In this document: piece after piece, positions 8,844 through 17,695 of the stretch
Numbering within the stretch: the first letter of the stretch is position 1
Layout of the letters: every line of letters begins with the position of its first letter
NCBI GenBank assembly: GCA_033813635.1
Contig: JAPXRI010000005.1
Location: 43,941 to 107,940 of the forward strand
Direction of reading: 5' to 3'
Length of the DNA: 64,000 nt
Source of the DNA: Bacillota bacterium
GTDB lineage: Bacteria; Bacillota; Clostridia; Oscillospirales; QAMX01
Position numbers and translations under genes: made by a program
The notes under the pieces: generated by a model
Told to the model about the DNA's origin: nothing
The model's input: only the letters and a program-made list of their open reading frames with translations
Databases searched by the model: none

Positions 8844-9947
8844 TTATCCGAGCCTTTTCTCCAGTATGCCGTACAGCTCGTCCCTGGTAATGGAGGAAAT
8901 CGCGTTGGAAACGTTTTTAGCGCCGGCCGCTTTATCGGCGTATACAGAGAGAGTCTCACGGTCAAGTTTTAAATTTAGCTTCATCTCCGGGCAGGAGGAC
9001 ACGAGGGAGTAAAGCCCGCCGGCGTTTTCGACGCCGCAGAGCGCGTAAATACGTTTTGCGCGTTCGGGCGCGGTTTTGCCCATGAAGTCGACAAAGTCCG
9101 CGATAAAGTACGCGTTAGCGTTTCCGTGCGGCACGCCGTTGTGGTAAGTGAGCATATAGCCGGTGGAATGCACAAAGCCGGTCCCGGTGCGGGAGATAAC
9201 GATGCCGGCGAGTGTCGAGGCGTAAAGCAGTTCCTCCCTAACGGTGTAGCCGAGGTCTCCGGCGAGGGCGCTGCGTATTCCGGAGCAGAGCGCCGGAATG
9301 CATTTTTCCGCGAGCGCGTCCGAGACAGGGTTTGCCTTTTTCATAAAATACCCCTCGACGGCGTGACAGAGCGCGTCCACCGCGGTGGACATCGTCTGTG
9401 AAAGCGGAAGGGACAGCGTGTAGGCGGGGTCGAGAAACGCGATTCTCGCGTAGAGGTCGTTTCCCGAAAGCGAGCGCTTATTCCCGATTTCCGGAACCGT
9501 GAGGATTGAATACGGCGTGACCTCGCTGCCCGTGCCGGCGGTCGTGTTCACGGCGAGAACCGGGAGTGCTTTTTTTCTCTGCGCGGTGAACAGCTGGTCC
9601 TGCGAAAGCCCGGGATTCGCCGCGAACGCGGCGATGGCCTTCGCCGCATCGAGCGGCGAACCGCCGCCGATGCCGACGTTGAAATCCGCACCGTACTCGC
9701 GCGCCGCTCTTCCGCCCTCGTATGCGGTGGAGACCAGCGGGTTGGGCTCTATTTTATCAAATACCAGATACGCTATACCGGCCTCCGAGAGGCCCTTTTC
9801 CGCATCGGCAAGCGCTCCGGAACGGCGCGCCGAATTCTTTCCGCATACGATCATGCAGCGCTCGCCGAACTGCCTGTAATTTGTAAAGTTTTTAAAGCAG
9901 TCCTTTCCGGATAGTATCGATACTGGGTTGTAAAAATCGATGTTCAT
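8844..9947 (-). CDS. Iron-containing (group III) alcohol dehydrogenase
   Basis: 367 aa with GIGGGSPLDAAKAIA and HSTGYMLT...HG metal-site-like motifs. It lies 2 nt from the downstream kinase gene. Confidence 0.8.
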   Translation of the reverse strand: MNIDFYNPVSILSGKDCFKNFTNYRQFGERCMIVCGKNSARRSGALADAEKGLSEAGIAYLVFDKIEPNPLVSTAYEGGRAAREYGADFNVGIGGGSPLDAAKAIAAFAANPGLSQDQLFTAQRKKALPVLAVNTTAGTGSEVTPYSILTVPEIGNKRSLSGNDLYARIAFLDPAYTLSLPLSQTMSTAVDALCHAVEGYFMKKANPVSDALAEKCIPALCSGIRSALAGDLGYTVREELLYASTLAGIVISRTGTGFVHSTGYMLTYHNGVPHGNANAYFIADFVDFMGKTAPERAKRIYALCGVENAGGLYSLVSSCPEMKLNLKLDRETLSVYADKAAGAKNVSNAISSITRDELYGILEKRLG

Positions 9948-9978
9948 ATCAACCCCCCCTGTCCGTTGACAATTGGCT

Positions 9979-11436
9979 TTAAAGCCTTCCGCCTTTCGAG
10001 AGCATTTGCTGCTTGATTTCCCACAGGCTCCGGGTCAGGTCGACGTAGTACTCGTGCGGGTTTTCAAAGCGCTTTACCTCATCCCACAGATGGTCGATGC
10101 AGTCGTCGCAGTAGGCGCGGATATCCTCGAGCGAGGGCAGATCGTATACCAGCTCGCCGCCCTTGAAAATCGGGACGAGCAGTTGCTTGGCGCTGAAATC
10201 GGCGACGAGCTTTGTCTTCCAGGTAAACTCGGGGTGGAAAAGCTTGAAGGGCTGGCTGTCGTCGATCGTCTCGTTGTAAAGGGACAGCACGTCGGCGATG
10301 GCCTTCCCCGTCCCACGCTCAAAGAACCTCCACAAGCGTTTGAAGTGGGGCGTGGTGATTTTGGAGACGTTTTCGGAGAGCTTGATTTTCGGGATAATGT
10401 TCCCCTTGTCGTCTTCCACCGCGCAGAGCTTGTATACGCCGCCGAAAACGGGCTCGCTTCGGGAGGTAATCAGGCGTTCGCCGACACCGAAGGTGTCTAT
10501 GCACGCGCCCTGAATCAGCATTTCCCTGATGATATACTCGTCAAGCGCGTTAGACACAACAATTTTGCACTCGGGGTACCCGGCTTCGTCGAGCTTTTTT
10601 CTGATGCAGCGGGTCAGATAGGTGATGTCCCCGGAATCAATCCTCACCCCGGCCGGTTTAATGCCCTTCGGCTTCAGGACCTCGTCGAAGACACGGATGG
10701 CGTTGGGAAGACCGCTGTTCAACACGTCGTAGGTGTCCAGCAGAAGCGTGCAGCTGTCCGGATAGGTCTCGGCGTAGGCCTTGAACGCCTCGTACTCGCT
10801 GCCAAACATCTGAATCCAGGAGTGGGCCATTGTCCCCACCGCGGGGATTTTAAACAGCCGGTCCGCGAGGGTGTTCGAGGTTACCGGGCAACCGCCGATG
10901 AAGGCCGCGCGGGAGCCGTACAGCGCGCCGGAATAGCTGTGCGCCCTGCGCGCTCCGAATTCCATCACCACGCGCCCGCTGGCAGCCCTGGCAATGCGCG
11001 AGGCCTTCGTCGCGATCAGCGACTGGTGATTGATTGTCGCCAGAAGCATTGTCTCCACAAGCTGCGCCTGCGGAGCGGGACCGCGTACGGTGAGCACCGG
11101 CTCGCCCGGGAAAATCGGGGTGCCCTCGGGCACCGACCAGACGTCGCACGAAAAATGGAAATTCCTGAGATAATCGATGAATGCCGGGGAAAAGATGCCC
11201 TTGCTCTCGAGGCAGGCGATATCGTCCTCGGAAAAATGGAGCGACTGCAGATATTGCACGGCCTGTTCGAGCCCGGCCGCGATGGCGAAGCCGCCTCCGT
11301 CTGGCACCTTGCGGTAAAACAGATCGAAATACGCGATTTTATCCTTTAACCCGTGTTCCATGAAGCCGTTTGCCATTGTGAACTCGTAAAAGTCCGTCAT
11401 CATGGAGAGGTTCATGCCGTTAAAAAGCTTGTCCAT
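9979..11436 (-). CDS. pncB: Nicotinate phosphoribosyltransferase
   Basis: 485 aa with MTDFYEFTMANGF, VMEFGARRAHS and GTMAHSWIQMF motifs typical of NAPRTase. Confidence 0.9.
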   Translation of the reverse strand: MDKLFNGMNLSMMTDFYEFTMANGFMEHGLKDKIAYFDLFYRKVPDGGGFAIAAGLEQAVQYLQSLHFSEDDIACLESKGIFSPAFIDYLRNFHFSCDVWSVPEGTPIFPGEPVLTVRGPAPQAQLVETMLLATINHQSLIATKASRIARAASGRVVMEFGARRAHSYSGALYGSRAAFIGGCPVTSNTLADRLFKIPAVGTMAHSWIQMFGSEYEAFKAYAETYPDSCTLLLDTYDVLNSGLPNAIRVFDEVLKPKGIKPAGVRIDSGDITYLTRCIRKKLDEAGYPECKIVVSNALDEYIIREMLIQGACIDTFGVGERLITSRSEPVFGGVYKLCAVEDDKGNIIPKIKLSENVSKITTPHFKRLWRFFERGTGKAIADVLSLYNETIDDSQPFKLFHPEFTWKTKLVADFSAKQLLVPIFKGGELVYDLPSLEDIRAYCDDCIDHLWDEVKRFENPHEYYVDLTRSLWEIKQQMLSKGGRL

Positions 11437-11594
11437 TATTATGCCTTCCCGCTACTGTTGTATTTATTAAAGCATATTATAACACTATATGCCCGAGGAT
11501 ACAACGCTTTCGGGAGAAAAGCGCATCTCTTCTTGCCATTGTATCGGTTTTGCTGTATAATCAGTTCCAAAGGCAAAACTACGGGGGATTTGAT

Positions 11595-12860
11595 ATGGAA
11601 CGCACAGCGCAGAGCGCGTTCGAACGGTTCGACATGTCAAAACGGCCGAAAAGGCAGAGCGTCTACCTGCGTCCGCTGATATGGGCTTTGAGCTACCCCT
11701 CCATCCTGCGCCACAGGGTGAGAATTTCGAGAGTGAATATGGACGGGCAGAAACCGCCGTACCTTCTGCTCTGCAACCACAACGCGTTTTTGGATTTTAT
11801 GGTTGCCACCGCGGCGATATTCCCGCACAGGGCGAACTACGTCGTCGCGATTGACGGGTTTATAAAGAGGGAGCGACTGTTGAGGAGTATCGGCTGCATC
11901 TGTAAACGCAAATTCACCAGCGATACGGTTTTGGTGCGTCAGCTCCGCACAGTGATTGATAACGGCGACATCGCGGTGATATACCCGGAGGCGAGGTATT
12001 CGCTCTGCGGGACTACGGCGGTGCTGCCGCCGTCGCTCGGCAAGCTCGCCAAGTATTTAAAGGTCCCCGTCGTCACGCTTATAACCCACGGGCACCATAT
12101 CAACTCGCCGTTCTGGAATCTTAAGGGGCGGGGAATCAGGACTGAGGCCGTTTTCAAGAAGATCCTGACCGGGGAAGAGGTTGAAAGCCTTACCTCCGAG
12201 GAGATTAACGCGGTGATCAACAGGGAGTTTCAATACGACGACTACAGATGGCAGAAGGAAAACAACATCAGGGTAAGGTATAAAAAGCGGGCCGAGGGGC
12301 TGCATAAGGTTTTATACCAGTGCCCGAACTGCAAAACGGAATACCGAATCACATCCCGGGGGGACAGACTGCGCTGCGGGAGCTGCGGAAAGGAATGGGT
12401 TATGACCGAACTCGGCGAGCTCCGGGCGGTAAACGGCGAAACGGAGTTTTCGCATATCCCGGACTGGTACGAGTGGGAGCGCGCGCAGGTGAGGGCGGAG
12501 GTTAACGAGGGGAGATACGGCATCACCGTGCCGGTGGAGGTTGAATCCCTCCCGAACGCCAAGGGCTTTATACCCCTCGGCAGAGGCGTTTTAACCCACG
12601 ATATGAACGGATTTTTGCTGAAAAGCGAATATCGGGGCGAGCCGTATACGCTGGTAAAGACCGTGAAATCGCTTTATTCCTGCCATATCGAATACAACTA
12701 TCTGGGTAAGCACGGGGATTGCATCGACTTAAATACGCTCAGCGATACTTACTATATCTACCCCCAGGGCTGCGATTTCTCGGTGACCAAGATGGCGCTG
12801 GCTACGGAGGAGCTTTACGCCGCGGCGACGAACAAGGAACGGGCGGCAGTAAAGGCCTAA
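11595..12860 (+). CDS. Lysophospholipid (PlsC-type) acyltransferase family protein with an internal zinc ribbon
   Basis: HX4D motif (CNHNAFLD), IYPEARYS, and a CPNC...CGSC ribbon. The start is moved to ATG 11595, which has GGGGG 7 nt upstream. Confidence 0.7.
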   Translation: MERTAQSAFERFDMSKRPKRQSVYLRPLIWALSYPSILRHRVRISRVNMDGQKPPYLLLCNHNAFLDFMVATAAIFPHRANYVVAIDGFIKRERLLRSIGCICKRKFTSDTVLVRQLRTVIDNGDIAVIYPEARYSLCGTTAVLPPSLGKLAKYLKVPVVTLITHGHHINSPFWNLKGRGIRTEAVFKKILTGEEVESLTSEEINAVINREFQYDDYRWQKENNIRVRYKKRAEGLHKVLYQCPNCKTEYRITSRGDRLRCGSCGKEWVMTELGELRAVNGETEFSHIPDWYEWERAQVRAEVNEGRYGITVPVEVESLPNAKGFIPLGRGVLTHDMNGFLLKSEYRGEPYTLVKTVKSLYSCHIEYNYLGKHGDCIDLNTLSDTYYIYPQGCDFSVTKMALATEELYAAATNKERAAVKA

Positions 12861-12936
12861 AGGTTCGAAAACAGCCGGGCGCGCCTAATTGCGCACACGA
12901 GCACGGAGGCGCGCCTACATGCTCGCATATATAAGA

Positions 12937-12965
12937 GCCCCGCGTCGGCAAGACGCGGGGCTTTG
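12937..12965 (+). terminator. Rho-independent terminator
   Basis: GCCCCGCGTC-ggcaa-GACGCGGGGC followed by TTTGG, downstream of the acyltransferase stop. Confidence 0.65.
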
Positions 12966-13233
12966 GCGTATCGAATCTGCGTTTCACCGTTTTAACAGAT
13001 CCGATGCGCGTTTTTTCAGCGATTCAAGCGAGCTTATTGCTCCGGGACGCGAGGATATCGCGTCCTGTATATTTTCAGGCAGCGAGAGGTAGAATTTTCT
13101 CGCTTCCCGGTTTTTCTTGACCAGCTCGTGAACATCCCTGTAGTTTTCCGTTATATCGCCTCCGATCCGCAGTCAGCATCCGCCCTATATTATTCCCCGA
13201 ACGGGCCGGAATAGTGACGATTCCGGCAAAAAA

Positions 13234-14418
13234 TCAGGAATCCGTATCGAATTTGATGCCGGCTGTGCTGGATAGCAAAAATACCACCGCGATCAGCAGT
13301 ATCCCCGATGAGATCAGAAACGCCGGCTGGAAGCTGTCGTTGAACACGTGGCTGATTACCAGACCGCCCGCGTAGGTGCCGGCGGCGCGGAAAATAGCCT
13401 GTATCACAGTCACCGCGGTAAGGGAGCTCGCTTTCGTCTCCGGCGACGCCGAGCGGGTAAAAAACACCGAGGTGACGAATAAGTTTAAAACGAGAATGCC
13501 GTGCACGAGCGCGAGCCCGAAAAGCCATTCATACGAGGGGACGAGGCAGATATAGAGCTGGCGCGCAAATGAGATGACGCCGACGAACGCGAGCATTTTA
13601 CGCACGCCGATTTTGCGGAGAATCCTGTCGGCGTAAAACAAAAACGGTATTTCAGTCAGCGTGACAATCAGAAGGTAGGTTCCGTAGCTCGAGGCGTTTC
13701 CGCCCAGCTGCGCGAAGTTCAGATAGAAATAGGTGCCCGAGAATCCCCCGGCAAAAGCCGTTAGCGCGAGGTACACCGTCAGACAGAGGACCCCGCGGTT
13801 TTTAAAAAGGCTTTTCAGGTCCGTGCGCGCTTTTTGCGGGATATGCCCTTTTATCTTCGGCACCGAAAACTGGGAGCAGGTCGCCGCCAGAGCAAGCGCC
13901 CCGCAGAGCGGGCCGAACAGCCAGATGTTTTTGTTCAGAATTTGACCGGCGATGAAGCTCATTACCGCCCAGCCTATCGAGCCCATAAGGCGGACCGGAC
14001 CGAACGGACGCCCGTCTTTTTCGAGAATTTCGAGACAGATCGTATCCGATAGCGACAAAACGACGGAGTGGAATAGAGCGAAAATGATGTATACGGAAAA
14101 GATGAAAAAGAAAACAACTCCGGCCGGCGCGCGGTACCACAACAGGACGGTTATCGCGCCGCCGAGATTGCATACGAAAAGGATTTTGTTTTTATATCCG
14201 GATCTGTCCGCTGCCCGGGCCCAGAGCGGCTGGCCCAGCAGCGAGACGGCTGTGCCCGCGGCAATCACGGAGCCGATGCGGGAGGCGTTTAAACCGCAGG
14301 CTTCCATATATTTCTGAAAGTACTGAGATACTACGCAGTCAAAGAAATAACTGAAAAGATACCAGATAAGCAAAATCCGGTATACTCTGTTGCCGTAGAA
14401 CCGTTTTGTCTCCGTCAT
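13234..14418 (-). CDS. MFS transporter, LacY/oligosaccharide:H+ symporter-like
   Basis: 394 aa and about 12 TM helices. The N-terminal pattern (...GSVIAAGTAVSLLGQPLWARAADRSGYKNKILF) resembles the LacY-type GxxxxxxxxxxQPxxGxxxDxxGxxK loop. Confidence 0.7.
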   Translation of the reverse strand: MTETKRFYGNRVYRILLIWYLFSYFFDCVVSQYFQKYMEACGLNASRIGSVIAAGTAVSLLGQPLWARAADRSGYKNKILFVCNLGGAITVLLWYRAPAGVVFFFIFSVYIIFALFHSVVLSLSDTICLEILEKDGRPFGPVRLMGSIGWAVMSFIAGQILNKNIWLFGPLCGALALAATCSQFSVPKIKGHIPQKARTDLKSLFKNRGVLCLTVYLALTAFAGGFSGTYFYLNFAQLGGNASSYGTYLLIVTLTEIPFLFYADRILRKIGVRKMLAFVGVISFARQLYICLVPSYEWLFGLALVHGILVLNLFVTSVFFTRSASPETKASSLTAVTVIQAIFRAAGTYAGGLVISHVFNDSFQPAFLISSGILLIAVVFLLSSTAGIKFDTDS

Positions 14419-14449
14419 ATGTAATCGGTATCTCCGATGGGTTAAGTAA

Positions 14450-15352
14450 TTATGGCAGGACGGCGATGCCGTCTCTTAGATGTTTTTTTACCAGTTCCGT
14501 TTTGCTTTTAATCTCGGCATCGCTCTGGGGCGAGCCGAAATCACGGTAGCGCTTTCCGGCGGCCGCGTATTTGTTTTGCGCCAGATTGTTGTATTTCAAC
14601 AGCTCGACCGCCTTAATGCCGGGGCCGAAGGAGTTAATAAGCGCGGCGGTGCGGACAAGGTTTTCCTCCCCGTCGTTCTGACCCGGAATCAGGGGAATCC
14701 GAATCAAGATATCGCTGTGGGCGGCGGATAAAAACGACAGGTTTTCCAGTATCCGAGCGTTGTCCCGCCCGGTCAGCGCTCTGTGCATTTCGCTGTCGGC
14801 ATGCTTTATGTCGACTATAAAGGTATCGGTAAGGCCGATGACCTTTTTTATATTTCCGGCGGGGACGCAGAGAGATGTTTCCACCGCGGTGTTTATCCCC
14901 GCGTCACGGCATTTTTTCAGCGTTTCGGCGATAAATTCCGGGTATAAAAGGCTCTCGCCTCCGGAAAACGTAACCCCGCCGGAATCGCCGTAGTAAATGC
15001 TGTCCCGCGCGATTTCCTCAAACAACGCCTCCGGCGTCATCTCCTCGCCGCAGAGGACGAGGGCCTCCGCTGGGCAGGCCTCGGCGCAGTTCCCGCAGGC
15101 CGTGCAGCCACGGCGAAGGTATACGGCGCCGCCGTTAGAGATTTTATGGCGGTCAGGGCACAGGGAAATGCAGCGCCCGCAGCGGATGCAGCGGCTTTCA
15201 TGGTACAGAATTTCCGGCTTTCTCCCAATGCCCTCTGGGTTATGGCACCAGGCGCAGCGGAGCGGGCAGCCCTTCAGATATACGACGGTGCGGATCCCCC
15301 GTCCGTCGTGGAGAGAGGCTCTCGCGATGTTGAATACGGGAGCTTTGATCAT
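14450..15352 (-). CDS. Glycyl-radical enzyme activating enzyme (radical SAM)
   Basis: GCPLRCAWCHNPE (CX3CX2C) plus two ferredoxin-like motifs, CIRCGRCISLCP and CTACGNCAEACP. Its ATG overlaps the GRE stop (ATGA). Confidence 0.9.
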   Translation of the reverse strand: MIKAPVFNIARASLHDGRGIRTVVYLKGCPLRCAWCHNPEGIGRKPEILYHESRCIRCGRCISLCPDRHKISNGGAVYLRRGCTACGNCAEACPAEALVLCGEEMTPEALFEEIARDSIYYGDSGGVTFSGGESLLYPEFIAETLKKCRDAGINTAVETSLCVPAGNIKKVIGLTDTFIVDIKHADSEMHRALTGRDNARILENLSFLSAAHSDILIRIPLIPGQNDGEENLVRTAALINSFGPGIKAVELLKYNNLAQNKYAAAGKRYRDFGSPQSDAEIKSKTELVKKHLRDGIAVLP

Positions 15353-17619
15353 ATGCTTCTATGCTTGGTCCGTGCGATGATGTGGTTTTGCAGCTTTTCG
15401 TCCAAAAGGCAGAATTTCTGGCTGAAGCCGGAAACCCTTACGGCGAGGTTCCTGTGCCTGTCGGGGTGCCTTTGGGCGTCGATCAGCGTCTCGGCGTCCG
15501 TGATGTTGAACTGGACGTTGGAAAGCCCCTTTTTCGCCGCGGCGACAAGGATGTCCGCGAGCCGGCCGATATTGCCGTCGTTGAAGAGCAGCGGATCGAC
15601 CTCGATGATGGCCGAGGTTGTCCCAGGTGTGCGGCGGGTGGGCAGCGACGAGACGGAATTGAAAAGCGCGGTCAGGCCCCTGAAGTCCCTCCCCTGCATC
15701 GGGGAGACGCTGTAGGCGAGAATTTCCCCGTTTCGCCGGCCGTCCGGCGTGGCGGCGGTTTTCAGGCCGTGATCGATCATCCAGAGGAAGGTAAACGGCT
15801 GCGCGTGGAACGCGACGCCGCATTCTTCGCTGATCCTATCCAAAACGTCGCAGCAGAAGTCCGTTATCTCGGCGGCAATGGCGTCGACCGCGGGGAGGTC
15901 GTTTCCGTATTTCGGGGCTTTATTCACAAAGTCAAGGCGCATCGCCTCGTCCGGAAAGTTGTTTTCAAGAGCCGAGATCAACTCGGACAGCGTATAGCGC
16001 TTTTTTATGTAAATCAGCTCGTTTACCGCGGCGAGGGAGTCGGCGAGGTTGGGAATGCCGAACAGCATGAACTGGTAGTAGTCGTATTTCGCGCTCCTGC
16101 TGTTAAAGCCCTTGCCGGATTCCATGCAGCCCTCGGTCAGCATCGCCTTATACGGCAGCGGCTCGTTTACGGCGCTCGCGTCAAGGCATCGCAGCGTCAT
16201 GCGGCAGGCGCGCTCGAGCATAAAGCCGATCTGTTCGTACACCGCGGCCTTGAACCGCTCAAAGGTGTCGAGGGACAGCGGGTCGCCGGTCTCAAGGCCC
16301 GGCGAGAGCTCCGGGCGCAGCATGCTTCTGCCGTTTTTCAGCACATACTCAACCGCTTTCAGCACGTTGCAGCGGAGGCTGACGGCGTGCGGGTTGGATT
16401 TTCCGGGTATGACCGTCTCGACGCAGCCTATCTGGGTATAACCCCGCGCGTCCTCCAAAGAGATGCCCCGGGAGACGAGGGATGGAATCATCACGTCGTC
16501 GTTGAAGAAAAACGGCACGCCTTTTTTGCAGCGCCCGACGACCTGCAGCGCCCGCCTGATAAAATCACGCGGCGTGGCCTCCGAGAACCTGACGGACAGG
16601 CACCGTACGAAATCGAGGGCCTCTGTCGCGTCAAGCATCAGCCAGGAGAGGGCGTTGACCGCGTTTTGTCCGGAAGCGTCGCAGCCGCCGACGCAGGACT
16701 GCTGCACGTCGTAATCCCGGTAGAGCTTGATCCACAGGCAGCAGATCAGCTCGAAAGCGTCCCTTTCCGTAAGGACACCTTTCTCTATGTCCGCCCGGTA
16801 ATAGGGGTATAAAATCTGGTCGAGCCTTCCGAGAGAGTTTGCGTTGACACAGTCCTCATAGGTATTGATCATATGCGCAAACCAGAGGCTCTGCACCGCC
16901 TCGGCAAAGGACTCCGCGGGGTGTTCGGGGACCCGCAGGCAGATTCTCTCGATTTCCATCAGCTCTTTTACGCGTGCGTCCGAAAAGCGCCCGCTCTCGG
17001 CGAGTTCGCGCGCTTTAACGGCATAACGCCTGCCGAGATCCGACCCGGCTTCGCAGAGCAGCAGCATCGCGTCGTAAAGGCTTCCCCCGCCGTTTCGCTC
17101 CGCGTATTTTTTCACCTCTTTCGCGATGCCGGAAAAGCCGAGCTTCAGGACCTTTTCGTAGTCGAGAACCGTGTGGTTGTTGGTTACAACGGAGCCCATG
17201 GCCGCCATCTCTTCGACGAGCGCTTTGTCCTTATCGTCCGCTATCGGCTCGGGGGCGATCCGTTTATATATTCTGCGGGCGTCTTCCCGGAATTCAAAGA
17301 AGCTCTCGATCTCGCGCTCGGAAAAACCGCCGCCCAGCAGCTGCTTTCTCGCGGTTTCGGGATCGCCGGAGACGCGCTCGTAATCGCCGAAATTTCGGCC
17401 GACGATCAGCTCGTCATCCCCGATAATTGCGGGAAAGCCGCGGATGACCGAGGCCACGCCGGAGGCGGAGAGATAATCGTTTGTCCGCCTGTCTTCCGGC
17501 GCCTCGCTGATGCCTTTAAAATAGTAGAAATCGCGCTGAGGGGTAATCAGATCGTTATAGCGTTTGCCGTCTACGGCGTCGGCCCGCAGATTTTTGCATC
17601 TTTCCGATAAAGCTAACAT
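15349..17619 (-). CDS. Glycyl radical enzyme (PFL-fold, Cys-x-Glu type), substrate unknown
   Basis: C-terminal glycyl radical motif NLAVRVSGFSQKF and thiyl loop QIGCVETVIPG. I trim the 831-aa ORF to Met76 (ATG at 17619, RBS GGATGGAGA), because the upstream part overlaps the preceding gene. This gives 756 aa. Confidence 0.85.
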   Translation of the reverse strand: MLALSERCKNLRADAVDGKRYNDLITPQRDFYYFKGISEAPEDRRTNDYLSASGVASVIRGFPAIIGDDELIVGRNFGDYERVSGDPETARKQLLGGGFSEREIESFFEFREDARRIYKRIAPEPIADDKDKALVEEMAAMGSVVTNNHTVLDYEKVLKLGFSGIAKEVKKYAERNGGGSLYDAMLLLCEAGSDLGRRYAVKARELAESGRFSDARVKELMEIERICLRVPEHPAESFAEAVQSLWFAHMINTYEDCVNANSLGRLDQILYPYYRADIEKGVLTERDAFELICCLWIKLYRDYDVQQSCVGGCDASGQNAVNALSWLMLDATEALDFVRCLSVRFSEATPRDFIRRALQVVGRCKKGVPFFFNDDVMIPSLVSRGISLEDARGYTQIGCVETVIPGKSNPHAVSLRCNVLKAVEYVLKNGRSMLRPELSPGLETGDPLSLDTFERFKAAVYEQIGFMLERACRMTLRCLDASAVNEPLPYKAMLTEGCMESGKGFNSRSAKYDYYQFMLFGIPNLADSLAAVNELIYIKKRYTLSELISALENNFPDEAMRLDFVNKAPKYGNDLPAVDAIAAEITDFCCDVLDRISEECGVAFHAQPFTFLWMIDHGLKTAATPDGRRNGEILAYSVSPMQGRDFRGLTALFNSVSSLPTRRTPGTTSAIIEVDPLLFNDGNIGRLADILVAAAKKGLSNVQFNITDAETLIDAQRHPDRHRNLAVRVSGFSQKFCLLDEKLQNHIIARTKHRSI

Positions 17620-17695
17620 ATAGAATCTCCATCCTGCCGCGGAGCGGCGATAAACTGAAATAAGCAAAATCAAATTAAACGCCGGGGTGGAATGA

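Noticed and set aside
9973-11349. 458-aa plus-strand ORF
   Set aside because: It lies entirely antisense to the clearly recognisable pncB. This is a typical long antisense ORF of high-GC DNA.
12984-13160. Minus-strand open frame encoding ...ENYRDVHELVKKNREARKFYLSLPENIQDAISSRPGAISSLESLKKRASDLLKR*
   Set aside because: It looks protein-like, but the frame contains no ATG, GTG or TTG codon after the preceding stop. It is probably a 3' gene fragment or uses a non-canonical start, so it is not reported as a CDS.
15361-16812. 483-aa plus-strand ORF, and other ORFs nested in 15.3-17.8 kb
   Set aside because: They are antisense to the glycyl radical enzyme gene. They have no RBS and low-complexity Arg/Gly/Val-rich sequence.
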